Positions 59,641 to 64,000 of a stretch of DNA of 64,000 nucleotides are shown here, piece by piece. The position numbers were made by a program, and so were the translations under genes. Source of the stretch: an uncultured Acidobacteriota bacterium (GTDB lineage Bacteria > Acidobacteriota > Vicinamibacteria > Vicinamibacterales > 2-12-FULL-66-21); contig CAWAZT010000014.1 in assembly GCA_963786615.1 (NCBI GenBank), positions 438,344 to 502,343 on the forward strand, given 5' to 3'. Below the pieces are notes generated by a model, which saw only the letters and a list, made by a program, of their open reading frames with translations, was not told the origin of the DNA and searched no databases. Numbering within the stretch: the first letter of the stretch is position 1; each line of letters opens with the position of its first letter.

Positions 59641-60508
59641 GACTTGCGACCACCCGCCGATGGCGCCGAGCGCCCAGGCGGCCTGGCGGCGGACGCGCGC
59701 GTCGGTGTCTTTCAGCGACTTCGCAAGCGGCGCGGAGGCTCGGTGATCTCCGATCGCGCCCAATGCCCACGCGGCCTGTTCCCGCACCGACGCCACATCG
59801 TCGCCCAGGGCCGCGACCAGCGCGTCGACGGCGCCGCGATCGCCGATCGCGCCCAGTGCCCACGCCGCCTGATGGCGGGCTTTCGCGTCGGCATCCTTCA
59901 GCAGCGCCGACAGCGACGGCACCGCTCGGCGATCGCCGATGGCGCCCAGGGCCCATGCCGCCTGCTCACGAACGGCGGGTTCGGCATCCTTCAACGCGTC
60001 GATCAGCGCGGGCACCGCGACGTCGGCGTCGAGCGCGCCCAGCGCCCACGCGCTCTCCTTTCTGACGGCCGCCTCTCCGTCGTGCAGCGATCCCGAGAGG
60101 AGCGGCGCGGCGTCGCGATTTCCCAGCGCGCCGAGTCCCCATGCGGCGTTCTTTCGCGCGATCCAGACGGGCGCTTTCAGCGCACGCGTCAAGGGATCGT
60201 ACGCGGGACGACCGATCGCCACCAGCGCGGAGGCGGCCTGCTCGCCGGGCGACGTCGTGTCGGCGATGCCGGAGTGCCGTCCCCACGTCCGCTCACCGCA
60301 GACGTTGCCGTCAACAGGTGATCCGTCCCCGAGCAGCGCGACGAGCTGCGGTAGCGCAAAAGCGGCGTTGCTTCCGAACTCCCGCAAGTCGCACGCCGCC
60401 CGCGCGCGCGTCGGCCGGGTCGGACGAGGCCAGCCCCGCAGCCTTCGTCCGCGCGTCGCCCTGGACCGGGGCAAGGGCAATCGCACCGGCGATGATCACG
60501 GCGATCAT
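59623..60508 (-). CDS. HEAT-repeat (PBS-lyase HEAT-like) protein with N-terminal signal peptide (one frameshift at ~60490)
   Basis: Signal/TM (V)MIAVIIAGAIALAPVQG (60311..60511 frame) joins >=6 repeats of ...AAWALGAIGDRRAVP.L...LKD.... (59623..60486); GTGATGA start overlaps the upstream gene stop. Confidence 0.6.
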
Positions 60509-61245
60509 CACCGAATCCTCATGTTGTGGAATCCCATGGGATTCGGATTCGGATTCGGGTTTGGATTGGGGTTCGGGTGTGGATGCGGATGGGGATGCGG
60601 GTGCGGGTGTGGAGACGAATGGCCATCCCCGTCACCGCCGAGATCCGCGATCGCGGCCGCGGCGGCGCGGCGGATGCCGGCATCCTCATCCTTCAGCGCC
60701 TGCGTGAGGGCGTCCATGGCGCGCATGTCTCCAATCTCGCCGAGCGCGCTGATCACATGACGCCGGACGTCGGGACTCTTGTCCTTGCTTGCGGCGATCA
60801 ACGCGTCCACGGCGCTGCGGTCACCGATTTCGCCGAGCGCCGACGCGGCGTGCGCGCGAATGGCCGCCGATTCGTCCTTGAGCGCGTTCGCCAGCGCGGC
60901 GGTCGCGCGTGAATCGGACAGCTCGCCAAGCGCGCTGATGATCTGGGCTCTGACCTCAGGGTCGGCATCGCCGAGCGCGGCCGCGAGCGCGGGCACCGCG
61001 CGCGCGTTGCCCAGCTCCGCGAGCGAGTTCGCCGCCTGGCGTCTGACGCCGGCGTCAGGATCCTTGAGGAGCCCGATCAGGCCATCGACGGCGGCTTCGG
61101 CTGGTGCCTGTTGCGCGCCAACGACCCCTTGCGACGCGGCTCGCCATTCGAGCGGCGGATGCAGGAACATGGCGGCCACGCCTAGGAAGATGGCGCTCGC
61201 CCGACGCAGCGTGCGGAAGAAGACAGTCACGGGGCTCATGAGCAA
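60508..61245 (-). CDS. Secreted HEAT-repeat protein with C-terminal (HP)6(NP)6 low-complexity tail
   Basis: 245-aa intact ORF: signal peptide MLMSPVTVFFRTLRRASAIFLGVAAMFL, five HEAT-like repeats (AANSLAELGNARAVPALAAALGDADPEVR...), ending GDGDGHSSPHPHPHPHPHPHPNPNPNPNPNPNPMGFHNMRIR. Confidence 0.65.
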   Translation of the reverse strand: MLMSPVTVFFRTLRRASAIFLGVAAMFLHPPLEWRAASQGVVGAQQAPAEAAVDGLIGLLKDPDAGVRRQAANSLAELGNARAVPALAAALGDADPEVRAQIISALGELSDSRATAALANALKDESAAIRAHAASALGEIGDRSAVDALIAASKDKSPDVRRHVISALGEIGDMRAMDALTQALKDEDAGIRRAAAAAIADLGGDGDGHSSPHPHPHPHPHPHPNPNPNPNPNPNPMGFHNMRIR

Positions 61246-61323
61246 CTCCTGCTAAGAAACCAGCACCAACGAGAACACCATCACCGCGGATCGCCCGACG
61301 GCGATCGATGGGGCGCGCGGCGT

Positions 61324-62238
61324 TTACCGGATTTGTCCCAGAGCGAACGCGGCCTGCTGACGAACAGAGGCGTTGGCGTCCTTGAGCGCAGCGGTCAGCG
61401 CGTCGATCGCGCGTGCATCGCGAATCTGCCCGAGCGCAAACGCGGTCTGCTCGCGCACGTCGACGTTGGCGTCCTTCATCGCGATCACCAGCGCCTCGAC
61501 GGCGCGCGAGTCGCGCAGCTGTCCGAGCGCGAACGCGGCCTGCTCGCGCACGTCGGGCTTGGCGTCCTTCAGCGCCGCGATCAGCGGATCGACCGCACGG
61601 CGATCGCGGATCTGCCCGAGTGCGAACGCGGCCTGCTCGCGGACGCTGTCGTTCGCGTCGTGCAGCGCGCCAGCCAGCGCGTCAACCGACGAGACGTCGC
61701 GGATCTGTCCGAGCGCGAAGACCACTTGTTCCCGCACGTCGGCGTTGACTGTCCTTGAGTGCCGCCGCCAGCGCGCCCACCGCGGACTTGGCTCTGATTT
61801 GTCCGAGCGCGAACGCCGCCTGCTCGCGGACGTCAGCGCTCGCATCCTGGAGCGCCGCCGTCAGGGGGTCGACCGCGCGCTGATCACGAAGCTGGCCGAG
61901 GCCGAACGCCGCCTGCTGGCGGATGTTTGCATCGGCGTCTTTCAACGCCGACGTCAGCGGTTCGTACACTCGCGGATCGCGCATCTGCGTCAGGGCAGAG
62001 AGTGCGGTCTCGCGGACTTCCTTGTCGGAATCCTTGAGCGCTTCGATCAGCGCGCTGACGGTCCGCGGATCGTTCGCGTGCGACCGCTCCTTCTCCTCAC
62101 CCTGTGCGGCCGCGGCGTCGGCCACATGTCCGGCCACGCTCTCGACCATGCTGCCGACGACGCCAGCGGCCATGCCGGTGCCGACGCCGGTCGCGATGCC
62201 TTGCGACACGCCCTGCGCGACGCCTTGTCCGACTTCCA
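61324..62238 (-). CDS. HEAT-repeat protein (one frameshift at ~61760), Gly-rich N-terminus; possibly the C-terminal domain of the upstream M56 protein
   Basis: MEVGQGVAQGVSQGIATGVGTGMAAGVVGSMVESVAGHVAD... then ...ALIEALKDSDKEVRETALSALTQMRDPRVYEPLTSALKDADANIRQQAAFGLGQLRDQRAVDPL... (61682..62239) continuing in 61324..61845. Confidence 0.55.
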
Positions 62239-63505
62239 TGCGACATCCCCTCGGCCACGGCGTGGGGCATTTCCTTGCCGGCCGTGTGCCACTCCGACTC
62301 CGGGACTTTCGCGCTCATCGGTGACGTCGCGGGCGCCGGCGCCGGGGTCGGCGCCTCCGCTGACGGTGCAGGTATCGGTTGCGGAGTCTGCGCGGAGGCC
62401 GGAATCGGCACGACGTCCGCGGTTTTCACGGCCGCGCGCTCCTCGGCCCAGGGCTGCACCGACGCAACCGGGACCAGCACGACGGCGAACACGCCCGCAG
62501 CAATGGCCGCACGAAGGCGCGTGAGACCGCGGCGAGGTACGGTCGGATCGAGAATCGCGATCAGCCGTCCCTCGAGTTGGGAGCGATGCGCCATCGCGAG
62601 TGAGGCGCCGGCGAGGACGGCGGGGAAGCGGCCCGGCGTTCATGACGCGCGCAATTTCCAGCAATTGATTCGCGTAATCAGCGCCGCGCGTGCCGGCGGC
62701 AAGGACGAGATCGTCGCACGCACGCTCGCGCTCCGCCCGGAGTCGACGAACGGCCATCCACGCCAGCGGATTGAACCAGTACGCCGCGCACGCCAGCTGC
62801 GCGAAGAGGTGCGTCAGGCAGTCGCGGCGCTTCACGTGTGCGAGCTCGTGCAGCAGCACGATGCGCAGCCGCTCATCGGGCCAGCTGTCGGCGTCCGCCG
62901 GCATCAGCACGGACGGACGCAGGATGCCCCACGCCATCGGCATGGAGGCCGCTCCGGTGCGGAGAAAACGAACGCGCGAGAGGCCGAGATCGCGCGCCAA
63001 CTCCCGCGCCTGCGCCAGCCAGGGCGCGTCGGTCACGAGCGCCGTGCGACGCGACATCCATTGGACGGCGACGAGTCCCACGAGCATGCGGCCGATGATC
63101 AGGAGCGCCCCGATCGACCAGATCAGCAGCAGGGACGTTGACCAGCTCGGAAGCGCGCGCACCGTGCTGCGTCGGCTTCGGAGGGTCCCGTGCCCGCAAC
63201 CGCATCGTTCGTCGTCGTCGGCGTCCGGTGATGCGCAATCGCGGGTGGCGCCGGCGCCGGAGTCGTCGCGGGCGGTGTGCGCGACCGTCTCGGTGCTGAA
63301 CCGGACCAGCGGCACTTCCCAGCGAGGAAGCGCCAGCGCGAGCGCCGGGACGATCAGCGCGCCCATCAGCCCGAGCGTCCAGATCATGTGGCGTGCGGCC
63401 GCCGACGCGCGCCGGAGCACCGTCGCGATCAGCCCGGTCGCCGCCAGGATGAGAGAGGCCTTGACGATGGCGTCGAGGATCGACAGTTTGCTGTAACGCG
63501 TGCAT
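62239..63505 (-). CDS. BlaR1/MecR1-like M56-family peptidase signal transducer (frameshifted; C-terminal boundary uncertain)
   Basis: N-terminal TMs LSILDAIVKASLILAATGLIATVLRRASAAARHMIWTLGLMGALIVPALALALP...; metalloprotease motif RIVLLHELAHVKRRDCLTHLFAQLACAAYWFNPLAWMAVRRLRAERERACDD; then TM plus Pro-rich linker (AVVLVPVASV...PIPASAQTPQPIPAPSAEAPTPAPAPA) in frame 62097..62594. Confidence 0.7.
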
Positions 63506-63507
63506 CA

Positions 63508-63873
63508 CTACACCCCGCTCTTCCGCGCGCCGTCGATCAGCGTCGCCAGGCGGTCGAGCTCGTCGTTCGACAGCCGCGTGGAGGGCTCGTCGAGCAGGGC
63601 CGAGATCGCCTGCTCCGCGGAGCCATCGAAAAAGGTTTGAAGGATATGGCGGAGCGCCGAGCGCTTCGCGTTGTCGCGTGCCACCGTAGGGAGATAGACG
63701 TAACGGGGCCCGTCTTGTTCGTGGCGGATGTGGCCCTTCTCTTCCAGAATACGCAACAGCGCGCGTACGGCGGAGTAGCTCGGCGGTTCAGGCAGGTCTG
63801 TCTGCACCTCGGCGGCGGTGGCGCGCCCCTTCTGGTAGAGGATGTCGAGAATCTGCCGTTCCCGGCGACTCAA
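63508..63873 (-). CDS. BlaI/MecI/CopY-family transcriptional repressor
   Basis: 121-aa intact ORF MSRRERQILDILYQKGRATAAEVQTDLPEPPSYSAVRALLRILEEKGHIRHEQDGPRYVYLPTVARDNAKRSALRHILQTFFDG; its stop (TAG) is 2 nt from the M56 gene start. Confidence 0.8.
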   Translation of the reverse strand: MSRRERQILDILYQKGRATAAEVQTDLPEPPSYSAVRALLRILEEKGHIRHEQDGPRYVYLPTVARDNAKRSALRHILQTFFDGSAEQAISALLDEPSTRLSNDELDRLATLIDGARKSGV

Positions 63874-63951
63874 ATCGCGATGATGCGGTTGTGGTCATAT
63901 ATGGTCCGTCAGCCTTGGTCTCGAAGGCTTAGACGGAGCCCGGACCGAAAA

Positions 63952-63971
63952 GGTGCTACGAAAATAGCACC
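63952..63971. promoter_or_regulatory. Inverted repeat GGTGCTA-N6-TAGCACC ~80 bp upstream of the BlaI-like repressor gene (candidate operator)
   Basis: aaaGGTGCTAcgaaaaTAGCACCggg, with a further half-site-like tTTAGCAAC 10 bp away; the half-site is the same as the 9-mer unit of the gyrB-gyrA palindromic array. Confidence 0.5.
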
Positions 63972-64000
63972 GGGCTGAAAATTTAGCAACACGTGGGGTC

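Noticed and set aside
60311-60511. Separate small ORF MMIAVIIAGAIALAPVQG...
   Set aside because: It is better read as the signal-peptide N-terminus of the HEAT-repeat gene 59623..60486, joined by a single frameshift. Its start overlaps the upstream stop (GTGATGA)

Overview
High-GC (~68%) bacterial chromosomal window covering the replication-origin neighbourhood. Gene order on the minus strand is atpF'-atpF-atpH-atpA-atpG, selD, parB-parA-(parS)-rsmG-mnmG-mnmE-jag-yidC-yidD-rnpA-rpmH, diverging from dnaA-dnaN-gyrB-gyrA on the plus strand. The rest of the window holds housekeeping genes (uvrD/pcrA, leuCD, leuA-leuB with a divergent LysR regulator, glmU-glmS, rsmI, galU, serS, one tRNA-Ser) and an accessory part. 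The accessory part contains three MacB/FtsX-type 'duplicated orphan permease' genes (one behind a PadR regulator, two in tandem), HEAT-repeat proteins, a BlaI/BlaR1(M56)-type regulatory pair, two tandem CorC/HlyC CBS-domain proteins, a KimA-like APC transporter, a DctA/GltP symporter, and a GntR regulator-stomatin-hydrolase operon. The PadR-permease pairing and the HEAT proteins suggest an Acidobacteriota-like genome. Two things stand out. (1) About 0.7 single-base frameshifts per kb hit essential genes (dnaA, gyrA, gyrB, yidC, mnmE, mnmG, glmS, glmU and others), which looks like assembly indel error rather than real pseudogenes. (2) Many intergenic regions carry short tandem-repeat arrays in palindromic arrangement. 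The strongest case is a ~260-bp inverted array of ~20 'AAGGTGCTA / TAGCACCTT' 9-mers filling the gyrB-gyrA spacer; its half-site is the same as the inverted repeat GGTGCTA-N6-TAGCACC sitting upstream of the BlaI-like repressor gene at the window end. Coordinates of frameshifted genes are approximate (+/- a few nt at starts); the printed index may be off by one in places.
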